Assembly: GCA_913055915.1 (NCBI GenBank)
Contig: CAJXKL010000001.1
Coordinates: forward strand, 39,576 to 103,575
Direction of reading: 5' to 3'
Length of the DNA: 64,000 nt
Source of the DNA: an uncultured Candidatus Nemicrothrix sp.
GTDB lineage: Bacteria > Actinomycetota > Acidimicrobiia > Acidimicrobiales > MedAcidi-G1
The translations under genes were made by a program, and so were the position numbers. The notes beneath the pieces are model-generated. The model saw nothing but the letters and a program-made list of their open reading frames with translations, did not search any database and was not told where the DNA came from. Every line of letters starts with the position of its first letter. The first letter of the stretch is position 1. This document shows, in pieces, positions 19,175-28,555 of the stretch.

Positions 19175-20263
19175 TCAGAGGATGGAAGCCTTGTCCGCCA
19201 GGCTGACCAGAAGCTCGTCGAAGGACCGGATGAAGGCATCGACCCCCTCTACCTCAAGCTGGTCGGAAACATCGTCGAGGTTGATGCCGACGCTGGTCAA
19301 TGCCGCGAGGACGTCTCTGGCCGCTGCAGGATCGGCATCGATGGTGCGGGCGACGGTACCGTGCTCCTCAAAGGCCTCGAGCGTCGCATCGGGGATCGTG
19401 TTGACCGTGTCGGGGCCGATGAGAGCGTCGACATAGAGGGTGTCGGGGTAGTCGGGGTTCTTGGTGGAGGTGGACGCCCACAGAGGTCGCTGAACCCGCG
19501 CCCCCCGCTCTACGAGGGCCTCCCAGCGGGGGCCGCTGAAGGTGTTCCGGAAGAGGTCGTAGGCGACACACCCCTGAGCAACGGCCCCCCTGCCCCGCAT
19601 GGCTAGCGCCGAAGGAGTGCCGATCGCCTCGAGGCGACGGTCAACTTCGGTCTCGGTGCGGCTGATGAAGAACGATGCCACCGAGGCCACGCCGGAGAGG
19701 TCGCCCGGGCAGGCCTCGAGCCCGGCGATGTAGGCCTCCATGACCTGCTCGTAACGCTCCAGGGAGAAGATCAGGGTCACGTTGACACTGCGTCCCTCTG
19801 AGATCATCTGGCGAATCGACGGCATTCCCTCGACGGTGGCAGGGATCTTCACCAGGAGGTTCGGCCTCGCGATCCGTGCGTTCAGGTCCCTGGCAGCCGC
19901 CGTCGTGCCCTTGGTGTCCGTGGCCAGAGACGGGTCGACCTCGACCGAGACGTAGCCGTCAATGCCAGCGGACTCTTCGTAGACAGGTGCCAGGAGATCG
20001 AGGGCCGCTGTTATGTCGCTCGTTACGAGCTCCCAGTAGCTTTCTTCAATGGACCGACCGGCGGCCTTCAACTCTGCCAGCTGCCCGTCGTAGGCGTCGG
20101 TGTCGGACATGGCCTTCTGGAAGATCGACGGGTTCGATGTGATCCCCCGGACGCCCCGGTCAACCCATGCCTGCAACTCACCCGACGTCAGCCAGCCGCG
20201 CCTGAGGTTGTCGAGCCACGGGCTCTGTTGCTGTTCCCTGTACAGGTCGTGAAGTCTGGTCAT
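19175..20263 (-). CDS. tal: Transaldolase (long actinobacterial type)
   Basis: QSPWLDNLRR, GITSNPSIF, and adjacency to tkt. Confidence 0.9.
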   Translation of the reverse strand: MTRLHDLYREQQQSPWLDNLRRGWLTSGELQAWVDRGVRGITSNPSIFQKAMSDTDAYDGQLAELKAAGRSIEESYWELVTSDITAALDLLAPVYEESAGIDGYVSVEVDPSLATDTKGTTAAARDLNARIARPNLLVKIPATVEGMPSIRQMISEGRSVNVTLIFSLERYEQVMEAYIAGLEACPGDLSGVASVASFFISRTETEVDRRLEAIGTPSALAMRGRGAVAQGCVAYDLFRNTFSGPRWEALVERGARVQRPLWASTSTKNPDYPDTLYVDALIGPDTVNTIPDATLEAFEEHGTVARTIDADPAAARDVLAALTSVGINLDDVSDQLEVEGVDAFIRSFDELLVSLADKASIL

Positions 20264-20290
20264 CGTTTCCTCCCGTGCGGAATGGCAGGG

Positions 20291-22261
20291 TCAGCCGCCG
20301 AGTAGCCCAAGGGCCGCATCTGCGACGGCCTCCGGGGTGATCCCGAGCCTGGCCATGACCTCGTCTCCCGGAGCAGATGCCCCGAACCTGTCGATGCCTA
20401 CAGCCCTGTCAGCCCACCGGGACCAGCCGAAGGTGACACCGGCCTCCACCGAGACAGCAGGGAGCGATGGAGGCAGCACGTCGTCGCGGTAGGAATCGGA
20501 CTGAGCGGAGAACAGGTCGGTGCTTGGCATGGACACGACCCTCACAGCGAGGCCGCCGGCGGTGAGGGTCGCTGCAGCGTCGAGGGCGACGCTGACCTCG
20601 CTGCCCGTTCCGATGATCACAACGTCTGGGGGAGTGTCGGGCTCTGCGAGCACGTACCCACCCCTGGCAACCTTGGCGTGGTCGTCGGTGCCGACGAGAA
20701 CGGGAACGTCCTGCCTGGTGAGGAGCATCGCCACCGGTCCGTCGCTGTTCACGGTGTAGCGCCATGCGGCAGCCGTTTCATTCGCGTCTGCGGGCCGGAA
20801 CACGGTGAGGTCGGGAATGGCCCTCAGCGAAGCCGCATGCTCAACGGGCTGGTGGGTGGGACCATCCTCGCCAACCCCTACCGAATCGTGCGTCCAGATG
20901 AATACCGTTCGTGCGCCGCTCAGAGCGGCGAGCCTGACGGCGCCGCGCATGTAGTCGCTGAAGACAAGGAACGTACCGCAGACGGGTAGAGCCCCGCCGT
21001 GGAGGGCGAGGCCGTTGCAGATGGCACCCATTGCGTGCTCGCGGACACCGAAGAAGATCTGCCGGCCCTCGGGGCAGTCGGCCCCCTGGACACCGTGGCC
21101 ACTGATGGTCGTGCCGGTGTTGCCTGTCAGGTCGGCACCACCTCCGATCAGGCCCGGTACGACGTCCAGCAGGGCCTCGAGGCAGGCATTGCCGGCTTTA
21201 CGGGTGGCCACGCCGGAACCGACTTCCCATGTGGGGAGGCTGGCCTCCCAGCCCTCGAGCCCACCGGCCGCCTGGCAGACATCCCATTCGTTGAGGTCGA
21301 CGTCGGCAGAATCGAGGCGGGAACACCATGCCTTGCGCTCAGCGGCTCCGCGGCTTCCGGCAGTGGCGTAGAAGCTGCCCACCTCAGAGGAAACCCAGAA
21401 GGACTCGTCTGCTGGAAGCCCCAGGTGTCGCCGTGTCTCAGCGATGCCCTCGTCCTTGAGGGAGTAGCCGTGTACCGCAGATGTGTCCACATCGGGAGAC
21501 GGGTTGCCGATGTGGCTTCGGATCACGACCAGGGACGGGCGGCCGGTTTCGTCCATGGCGTGCCGTATAGCGGACTCCATTGCGTCAAGGTCCTCGGCCG
21601 CCTCACCCAGATCGATCACATGCCATCCGTAGGCGGCGAATCGGGCCGGTGCGTTATCTGACAGAGCCCACTCGGTCGGGCCATCAATTGTGATGTGGTT
21701 GTCGTCGTAGACGGCGATCAGGTGGTCGAGGCCGAGGTGGCCGGCGAGCGAGGCTGCCTCGTGGCTAATCCCCTCGGCGAGGTCGCCGTCGCCGCAGACA
21801 ACGAACGTGTGGTGGTTGCACAGGTCAGATCCGAAGCGGGCCCTCAGGTTGCGCTCTGCTATCGCCATTCCAACGGCGTTGGCGAGGCCCTGGCCGAGAG
21901 GTCCGGTGGTGACCTCGACCCCGGCGGTGTGGCCGACCTCTGGGTGTCCGGGGGTGGCCGAACCCCACTGCCTGAAGTTGCGGAGATCATCGAGGCTGAG
22001 GCCGTGTCCGGTCAGGTGGAGCATCGAATAGAGCAGCATCGAGGCGTGCCCAGCCGAGAGGATGAAGCGGTCCCGGTCGATCCAGAGAGGGTCTGAGGCG
22101 TCATAGGTCATGATCCGGGTCCAGAGCACGTGGGCCAGGGGAGCGAGTGCCATGGCCGTTCCCTGGTGGCCCGATCGAGCTGCGTGCGGCCCGTCCATCG
22201 ACAGGCCCTTGACTACGGCAACCGCCTGGCGCTCCAACTCGGCATCGGTCATGTTTGTCAT
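20291..22261 (-). CDS. tkt: Transketolase
   Basis: SGHQGTAMALAP, GDGDLAEG and GEDGPTHQP motifs. Start chosen at ATG 22261 (MTNMTDAELE); track ORF begins at 22297. Confidence 0.92.
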   Translation of the reverse strand: MTNMTDAELERQAVAVVKGLSMDGPHAARSGHQGTAMALAPLAHVLWTRIMTYDASDPLWIDRDRFILSAGHASMLLYSMLHLTGHGLSLDDLRNFRQWGSATPGHPEVGHTAGVEVTTGPLGQGLANAVGMAIAERNLRARFGSDLCNHHTFVVCGDGDLAEGISHEAASLAGHLGLDHLIAVYDDNHITIDGPTEWALSDNAPARFAAYGWHVIDLGEAAEDLDAMESAIRHAMDETGRPSLVVIRSHIGNPSPDVDTSAVHGYSLKDEGIAETRRHLGLPADESFWVSSEVGSFYATAGSRGAAERKAWCSRLDSADVDLNEWDVCQAAGGLEGWEASLPTWEVGSGVATRKAGNACLEALLDVVPGLIGGGADLTGNTGTTISGHGVQGADCPEGRQIFFGVREHAMGAICNGLALHGGALPVCGTFLVFSDYMRGAVRLAALSGARTVFIWTHDSVGVGEDGPTHQPVEHAASLRAIPDLTVFRPADANETAAAWRYTVNSDGPVAMLLTRQDVPVLVGTDDHAKVARGGYVLAEPDTPPDVVIIGTGSEVSVALDAAATLTAGGLAVRVVSMPSTDLFSAQSDSYRDDVLPPSLPAVSVEAGVTFGWSRWADRAVGIDRFGASAPGDEVMARLGITPEAVADAALGLLGG

Positions 22262-22373
22262 CACAGCCCCTGCTCGACGTAAGCGCGGCGCCACCATATC
22301 CGTCCGTCAATCGGCTTTCAGGCACCAACGACAATCAGAATTTTCTGAAGGCCATGTGTTGCCTGGAGTCACC

Positions 22374-23483
22374 TCACCGAGATGACGATGCCCCGAACAA
22401 CAGACCGGAGGCAGTGAAGCCGTGGACGTGGTGGGCGGTACCCACTGGTCCCATTTCGCCGGCACAGAACATGCCACCGACTGCAGTGGTGCCGAGACAG
22501 TCGCAGAAAAGTTCAGCGTCATGGGAAGGTTGGGAGAAGAAGCCCCTCCCGCGCCCGGCGCAAGTGAACAACAGGGCGCTCTCCGCTCGGAGCGGTTGCA
22601 GCATCTCAGCCAGTTCGTTGCTTGCCGAGTCTGGGTCCCTGACATGGAACTGGGCGGTTTCGCCGATGGTCGGCAGGCCTGCAAGAGCTATGCCTCCCGA
22701 TGACCTGTCTGCACCGACCACGTTTCGGATGAGGAAGTCGCCAGAGCCCAGTACCCCGGCGTGCTCATCTACGGCGAGACCGATCTGTAGACCCTGTCCA
22801 ACGAGATGACGATCGGCCTCGGAAGCTGAGGCCAGGAGTTCGTCGAGCCGCTGCACTGCGGGTTTCCCACCGAGGCCGAGGATGAGCGTCCGTGAGGAGT
22901 CGGTGATGGTGAACGGGTCACCGATGGGGCGACAACCCTGGGACACCAGGGGACGAATAGCGAGGCCCTCGGGCAGGATGGCCATTACCGACCCACTTGA
23001 GGTGGTCTCATTGTCGGCGACCAGGCGGTTGCCGCCGGGAGCACGCGCAAATGAGGCGAGGCCACCCACTAGGTGAACCCCCGGTGGGACTGAGGCCAGC
23101 GTCGTCTGGGCATTGAAGGTGAACGGGTCGGCGAGTGCGATCACGGAAGCACCCTCGGGTGTGGTGGCCAGATCAAGGTGACCGTCGGACACGAGGAGGT
23201 CGACGGGACCCGTGTGTCCAGCCCACAGCACAATTGCCGGCGCCTCCTCGACTTCCTGTCGGTGTGCCAGTACCGAGGCGGCCGTGGCGCCGAGGAGATG
23301 CCCGGGTTCAAGGCTCTGGCGCACGGTTCGGGCAATCTGATCCACCTCGGATGCGTGTGAACCGGACACGAACAGCACGGTGAGGCCGGGCGAGGTTCCG
23401 ATTCGCTCGAGAACCTGACCGATTACCTCAGCCGCGGCGACACGGGGATCATGGTGTTCAGAAACTGCAACCGCGTAGCGCAT
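22374..23483 (-). CDS. FIST-domain (FIST_N/FIST_C) sensory protein
   Basis: 369 aa with the C-terminal FCAGEMGPVG motif typical of FIST_C. Confidence 0.6.
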   Translation of the reverse strand: MRYAVAVSEHHDPRVAAAEVIGQVLERIGTSPGLTVLFVSGSHASEVDQIARTVRQSLEPGHLLGATAASVLAHRQEVEEAPAIVLWAGHTGPVDLLVSDGHLDLATTPEGASVIALADPFTFNAQTTLASVPPGVHLVGGLASFARAPGGNRLVADNETTSSGSVMAILPEGLAIRPLVSQGCRPIGDPFTITDSSRTLILGLGGKPAVQRLDELLASASEADRHLVGQGLQIGLAVDEHAGVLGSGDFLIRNVVGADRSSGGIALAGLPTIGETAQFHVRDPDSASNELAEMLQPLRAESALLFTCAGRGRGFFSQPSHDAELFCDCLGTTAVGGMFCAGEMGPVGTAHHVHGFTASGLLFGASSSR

Positions 23484-23564
23484 GGAATGAACATAGGTGA
23501 CCGTGCCGCAGCCGGCTCACGGGTGCGCGACCAGTTCAACGGCGGGGCTCTAGCATGACGAACC

Positions 23565-24998
23565 GTGATGAGGCGCATGCTGTTGCCCGTGCTGTTGTCA
23601 ACGGCCCTCCTCGCAACGACATGGCAGGTGCGGGCTACTGATTCCACAGCCGACAGGCCACCGCTGCCTCCTACGACGCCCCCGACAGCGTCGCTCGTCA
23701 CGCCCCTCATCTCAGTTCGGCGAATCCCGCTCTTTCTCCAGGCGCCCGAGGCCGACAGGCGGCTGGTCGCTGATCTCAGGGATGTGGCATCGGGTCTCCC
23801 CGACAATAGTTGTGTGGCGGTGACCGAGTTCGACCGCCTCATCTACGGCTTCAACGAGGTCACGCCGTTGATACCGGCCAGCACCCAGAAGTTGCTTCTC
23901 GGGCTTGCTGCGCTGGAATCCATGGGCGCTAACCAGGTCTTTACAACCCGCCTCGTTAGCCGCACACCGCCGCTGAACGGTGTGGTGGATGGAGATGTCT
24001 GGCTGGTGGGAGGCGGAGACCCTGTACTGATGACCGATGGCTATGTGAACCGCTTTGACGACGAGATGGCGTTTACGAACATGGAGCATCTGGCCGACAA
24101 GCTGGTGGACGCCGGCGTGAGCTCAATTTCCGGGGCGGTCATCGGCGACGAGAGCAGGTTCGATTCCCTCCGATACGTCGAGTCCTGGCCCGAGCGCTTC
24201 AGGCCGGGCCAACAGAACCAGGCGGGTCCCCTGAGCGCCCTCTCGGTGAACGACGGCTTTTCATGGTGGCATGCCGAGAACACTGCGAACGGTCTGAACA
24301 CGCCCGCCGGCGATCCGGCGGCATTCGCAGCAGCATTCTTCGATGATCTGCTCGAGGACCGGGATGTGGCTATCAGGAGGTCGGCCCAGGCGGGGATCGC
24401 ACCACTAGATGCCGTTGTCGAACTCGCGAGCATCGACTCGCCCCCCCTGGCCGACATCGTCACCCAGATGCTCGTCACATCCGATAACACGACGGCTGAG
24501 CTGCTCTTGAAGAACCTTGGAGCGATCGTGAGCCCACCCGGCTCCTCGGCGACTGGCACCGGCGTGCTCCTCACGGCGCTGAGTGCTGCCGGCCACGACC
24601 TGAGCGGGGTGGTGGTTGCCGACGGATCCGGCCTGGATCCGGCAAACAGGGTCACCTGTCGCATCCTGACGACCGTTCTCGAGGACGCCGACCATGGACC
24701 GGCCCTTGTAGCCGGCCTGGCGGTGGCCGGACGCTCAGGAACGATGAGGCGTCGGCTGGTGGGATCCTCAGCCGAGGGTCGGGCCAGAGCCAAGACCGGA
24801 ACCCTCCGGGACGTCACCAGCCTTGCCGGACAGGTGGAGACCATCGAGGGCAGGGTCCTGTCGTTCGCTGTGCTGACAAACGCCGAACCGCTTCCTGACA
24901 GGGTCAAGCGCCTCCACGACCAGGTTGTCCTGAAGTTGGTGGCCTATCCATCTGGACCGGACCTGGACCTCCTAGGGCCGCTGCCTGTAGTCGGCTGA
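23565..24998 (+). CDS. dacB: D-alanyl-D-alanine carboxypeptidase/endopeptidase, PBP4 (S13) family
   Basis: N-terminal signal sequence, SxxK motif (PASTQKLL), KTG (AKTGTL), 477 aa. Confidence 0.8.
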   Translation: MMRRMLLPVLLSTALLATTWQVRATDSTADRPPLPPTTPPTASLVTPLISVRRIPLFLQAPEADRRLVADLRDVASGLPDNSCVAVTEFDRLIYGFNEVTPLIPASTQKLLLGLAALESMGANQVFTTRLVSRTPPLNGVVDGDVWLVGGGDPVLMTDGYVNRFDDEMAFTNMEHLADKLVDAGVSSISGAVIGDESRFDSLRYVESWPERFRPGQQNQAGPLSALSVNDGFSWWHAENTANGLNTPAGDPAAFAAAFFDDLLEDRDVAIRRSAQAGIAPLDAVVELASIDSPPLADIVTQMLVTSDNTTAELLLKNLGAIVSPPGSSATGTGVLLTALSAAGHDLSGVVVADGSGLDPANRVTCRILTTVLEDADHGPALVAGLAVAGRSGTMRRRLVGSSAEGRARAKTGTLRDVTSLAGQVETIEGRVLSFAVLTNAEPLPDRVKRLHDQVVLKLVAYPSGPDLDLLGPLPVVG

Positions 24999-25055
24999 GG
25001 GTGCGGCTACACACGGGAGTAACCCGGCTGCCACCCGCTGTAGCGTTGTATCCCC

Positions 25056-25355
25056 ATGGCACGAAAACGACCCTCAGGCGATCTACTGGACTTGTTGCGG
25101 CGCTATCTGAGGCAACAGACCGTCGACCCCCTCAGGTCCGTCGGTCGTTTTCTGCTGTTTGGAATCAGCGGCACCCTTTTCATCGGCGTGGGCCTCGTAC
25201 TACTTGCCGTTGGAGGACTCAGGCTGCTCCAGGGGGCCGAGATCCTGGGTGGCTCCTGGTCATGGGTTCCATACCTTCTGGTGGCTGCAGGGCTCGGCTG
25301 CGTGGTTGTCCTGTCCTTCACACGGATTGGAGGCGGCCGTGGGCTCGACAGTTGA
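25056..25355 (+). CDS. Small 2-TM membrane protein, Holin-X/DUF1469-like
   Basis: 99 aa with a basic N-terminus and two hydrophobic helices. Confidence 0.55.
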   Translation: MARKRPSGDLLDLLRRYLRQQTVDPLRSVGRFLLFGISGTLFIGVGLVLLAVGGLRLLQGAEILGGSWSWVPYLLVAAGLGCVVVLSFTRIGGGRGLDS

Positions 25356-25554
25356 GCAACCGGTTACACGCCAGGACCTAGAGGACGAGCTTCGGCGGAC
25401 CGTCGGTGGTGCAGGCGAGAAGGTCGAAGCCCGCAGGCGTGGCATCGTAACGGTTGTGGTTGTAGGTGGCGCTGTCGCCCTCCTGGTGGCCTACCTTCTC
25501 GGCCGGCGCATTGGCAGGGTCAGGTCGACCGTTGTGGAGATCCGACGGATCTGA
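25339..25554 (+). CDS. Small C-terminally membrane-anchored protein (71 aa)
   Basis: GTG 25339 with GGAGG 5 nt upstream, overlapping the preceding gene by 17 nt. Charged helix followed by the TM segment VVVVGGAVALLVAYLL. Confidence 0.45.
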   Translation: MGSTVEQPVTRQDLEDELRRTVGGAGEKVEARRRGIVTVVVVGGAVALLVAYLLGRRIGRVRSTVVEIRRI

Positions 25555-25817
25555 TGAGGTTGTCATCGCCATCGGGGCTGACCGGCCGACTCCTGCGTCG
25601 CTACCTCCTCGGAGGTGGACGCCATTGGCAGCTGGCGCTGGCGGTGGTCCTTCTGGGCCGCCTCCTACAGCGCGCAACCAAACTCGGAACTGCACCAGTT
25701 GCCTTCGAGCAGTCGCTGAAGCCAGGTGAGGGTCTTCTGGTCACTCACCTGCCGGTGTCCTCGGCGGACACTTCAGGGACCTCAGTGGCGAACGGCCGGA
25801 GAAGTGACGCCAGATGA
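25554..25817 (+). CDS. Small Arg/Leu-rich hypothetical protein (87 aa)
   Basis: 1-nt overlap with the upstream stop (TGATG) and ATGA overlap with trmI. Confidence 0.4.
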   Translation: MRLSSPSGLTGRLLRRYLLGGGRHWQLALAVVLLGRLLQRATKLGTAPVAFEQSLKPGEGLLVTHLPVSSADTSGTSVANGRRSDAR

Positions 25818-26584
25818 CCCGGACGCTCGAGGTCGGCGACCAGGTTCTCCTTGTCGACAACAAGAAGAGGCGCTACCTGCTGACCCTCGAGCTTGGCGGC
25901 GAGTTCCACTCCCACACAGGGGTTCTCAGCCACGACGACCTGATCGGCAGCCCTGAAGGTGCAACCCCGAGGTCCAGTCGTGGTAGTTCCTTTGTGGCAT
26001 TCCGGCCGACCCTGTCCGACTACGTCCTCAAGATGCCTCGTGGTGCCCAGGTCGTCTATCCGAAGGACCTTGGTCCCCTCCTCATGCTGGCCGACATCTA
26101 TCCCGGAGTGAGGGTCTTTGAGTCAGGGGTCGGCTCAGGCGCCCTCTCGATGACGATGCTGCGCTCCGGTGCAGAAATCACTGGCTACGACATCCGGGAC
26201 GAGTTCGCGGAGAGGGCCCGCTCCAACGTTCAGACCATGTTGGGAGGCGAGGCGCTGGGGCGCTACCAGGTGGAGATCCGTGACGCCTACGACGGAATCG
26301 ATCTCGTCGACATGGATCGCGTCGTCCTGGACCTGCCCGAACCGTGGCAGGTGGTTCCCCATGCTGCACAGGCTCTGCAGGCTGGAGGGATAATCGTCGC
26401 CTACACACCCAGCATCCTGCAGGCGGTGAGGTTCAGGGAGGCCCTCGCCGTCAATGGCTTCGAGTTCGCGGAGACAATCGAGGTGCTTAACAGGAGTTGG
26501 CACATAGAGGGCCAGGCGGTAAGACCAGACCACCGGATGGTCGGCCACACAGCCTTTCTCAGCCACGCGCGCCTTCTGGGGTAG
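25814..26584 (+). CDS. trmI: tRNA (adenine58-N1)-methyltransferase
   Basis: Gcd14-type N-terminus (GDQVLLVDNKKRRYLLTL, PRGAQVVYPKD) and SAM motif ESGVGSGALS. Confidence 0.88.
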   Translation: MTRTLEVGDQVLLVDNKKRRYLLTLELGGEFHSHTGVLSHDDLIGSPEGATPRSSRGSSFVAFRPTLSDYVLKMPRGAQVVYPKDLGPLLMLADIYPGVRVFESGVGSGALSMTMLRSGAEITGYDIRDEFAERARSNVQTMLGGEALGRYQVEIRDAYDGIDLVDMDRVVLDLPEPWQVVPHAAQALQAGGIIVAYTPSILQAVRFREALAVNGFEFAETIEVLNRSWHIEGQAVRPDHRMVGHTAFLSHARLLG

Positions 26585-27375
26585 TGATTCTCCGAACACC
26601 GGTCCTGTCTCTGGCTGTACTTGCGGGTCTGGTTCAGGCCCTCGCCGCCTCATGCGCTTACACGGTCACCGCACCGACAGTTACAGAACCTCCGGTAATC
26701 AGAACCACGACGACCGCCAGCGTGCCGCTGACCCAGGCACCGGATCCGATGCGCGACGGACCCGATAGAGGCGTTATCGACCAGACCTGGCCAGCGGTGG
26801 CCCGGGTTACCGGCCTCGGGTGCACGGCATCCCAGGTAGGCACGGGGTTCGTGGCAGGGGAGGGCCTCGTGGTCACAGTTGCACATGTCGTTGCCGGCTT
26901 GAGTGCACCTGAAGTCCACCTGTCTGACATCAGTCAGGTGGCGTCGATAGTGGCCTTCGACCCGGTATCCGACCTGGCAGTCCTCTCCGTCGACACAGGC
27001 TCCTTGCGGCCGCTGACCCTTGCCGACGGCTCGCCTGGTCAGGCCATCGCCATTCTGGCATTCGACGAGGATGGAGAGCCGGAGACGACCCGCTCGCGCG
27101 TGATCAGGCGTGTTCGAGCAGTTGGTGATGACATATACGGCGAGCCCGGCGACGGACGCGACGCCCTTGAGCTAGAGGCTTCAGTTCGGTCTGGCAACTC
27201 GGGTGCCCCGGTCGTGGACGAAGCTGGATACGCCGTGGGCGTGGTCTTCTCACGTACCCGAGGTGGCATCCAGGTGGCCTACGCAGTTCAGTCGACCGAG
27301 GTCAGAACGCTTCTGGAATCGGCGCTGCGCAACGAGGGAGAGCCGGTCGACTCCGGCGAATGTCGTCCCAGATAG
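26584..27375 (+). CDS. Secreted or lipid-anchored trypsin-like (S1) serine protease
   Basis: In-frame GTG 26584 shares one nt with the trmI stop. Signal peptide ends in AASC. GTGFVAGEGLVVTVAHV and GNSGAPVVD catalytic blocks. Confidence 0.75.
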   Translation: MILRTPVLSLAVLAGLVQALAASCAYTVTAPTVTEPPVIRTTTTASVPLTQAPDPMRDGPDRGVIDQTWPAVARVTGLGCTASQVGTGFVAGEGLVVTVAHVVAGLSAPEVHLSDISQVASIVAFDPVSDLAVLSVDTGSLRPLTLADGSPGQAIAILAFDEDGEPETTRSRVIRRVRAVGDDIYGEPGDGRDALELEASVRSGNSGAPVVDEAGYAVGVVFSRTRGGIQVAYAVQSTEVRTLLESALRNEGEPVDSGECRPR

Positions 27376-27482
27376 GCCCAAAACGAGCGGTAGACGGTCC
27401 CTAGGCCGTCCACAGAACTGACTTATCGAGATTTGGCTCAGTCGACCTGGGACTGAGGCCGGGCAGACCCTCGACCAGTGCG

Positions 27483-27734
27483 TCAACGGAGCCTGCCCTG
27501 TGAGGTAGTCCGACGCTTACGCCAGACTCCCAGGTAGACCAAGGCGGCACCATAGATAAGCCAGAACCTCACCCGGTCCAGGTTCTCGGAGTAAAGGACA
27601 TCGACCGTCCCCAGAATCAGAAAGACAAGCCCGAGTTTGGTGACGAAGTGCCACGCCCAGACTGCCCTGAACAACTTGCCGAAAGGGTTTCTGGCCTGCT
27701 GGATGCTGGGGTTGTTCCATTCGTCGTGCTTCAT
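27483..27734 (-). CDS. Small 2-TM membrane protein (83 aa)
   Basis: ATG preceded by GGAGGAGG, with two hydrophobic helices. Confidence 0.55.
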   Translation of the reverse strand: MKHDEWNNPSIQQARNPFGKLFRAVWAWHFVTKLGLVFLILGTVDVLYSENLDRVRFWLIYGAALVYLGVWRKRRTTSQGRLR

Positions 27735-28071
27735 CCGGTCCTCCTCCGCTAGCCGTTTCAGAGTACGTCGAACCAGATACAGCCGCTGTCATCACTGGCA
27801 TGTTCAGACGGCTATGGAGAGAGAACGGCGACAGCCACGGCCAGGCCCTCGGCATGTTGGAGGACATCTCCGAGACCGTCCATGAGATTGACGAGCAACT
27901 AGATGAAGTTGTCGAGTGGCAAGAGGAACATCAGGAGTACCACGACCGGAAGGCCCGAACGCCTCGGTAGGGGAGTAGGCATCTCTCCGAAATGCTGGCC
28001 CTAGGTCAGGCCATTCCCTATAATTCCTTATACAAGAGGGAAACAGAGCCTGCAATTGTCAGGGTTTTGAC

Positions 28072-28308
28072 TCAATCGACCTCGATATAGATGCACTCGC
28101 CGGGGCACTCCTCGGCGGATTCGATGGTTCCCTCGAGTTGGGCTTCGGTAATGGCGGCAAGGCCCGCTGGACCACCCGGGTCACTGAAGATCTTGTCGCC
28201 TTCCTTCACGTATGCCAGGCCGTCATCGAGGAGGGCGAACACATCTGGTGCAATTTCCTCGCAGAGGCCATCGCCTGTGCAGAGATCCTGATCGATCCAG
28301 ACCTTCAT
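28072..28308 (-). CDS. Single-cluster ferredoxin
   Basis: MKVWIDQDLCTGDGLCEEIAPDVF...ECPGECI. The internal Met 28308 fits the family length of about 78 aa. Confidence 0.85.
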   Translation of the reverse strand: MKVWIDQDLCTGDGLCEEIAPDVFALLDDGLAYVKEGDKIFSDPGGPAGLAAITEAQLEGTIESAEECPGECIYIEVD

Positions 28309-28555
28309 CCTGGTCGGGTTCCTCTCACTGTGGTCGGGCGACACCTCGTCGACCCGACATCCTTCCGTTGTGTCAGGCCGGGTACTCCAACCTCTGACCG
28401 GCCCATTGGTCGCTCGGACGTTAGCCCTCTCGCACCTGTTTCAGGTGGAGCACCCTATCCGCACCCGTATGCGCAGCAGCCACCCCGATGAGATTCAGGA
28501 CAATGCCATCGGTCACGTCCGGTGCGACAGGTAGGGTCGTCTCCAGGGAGGCGAC

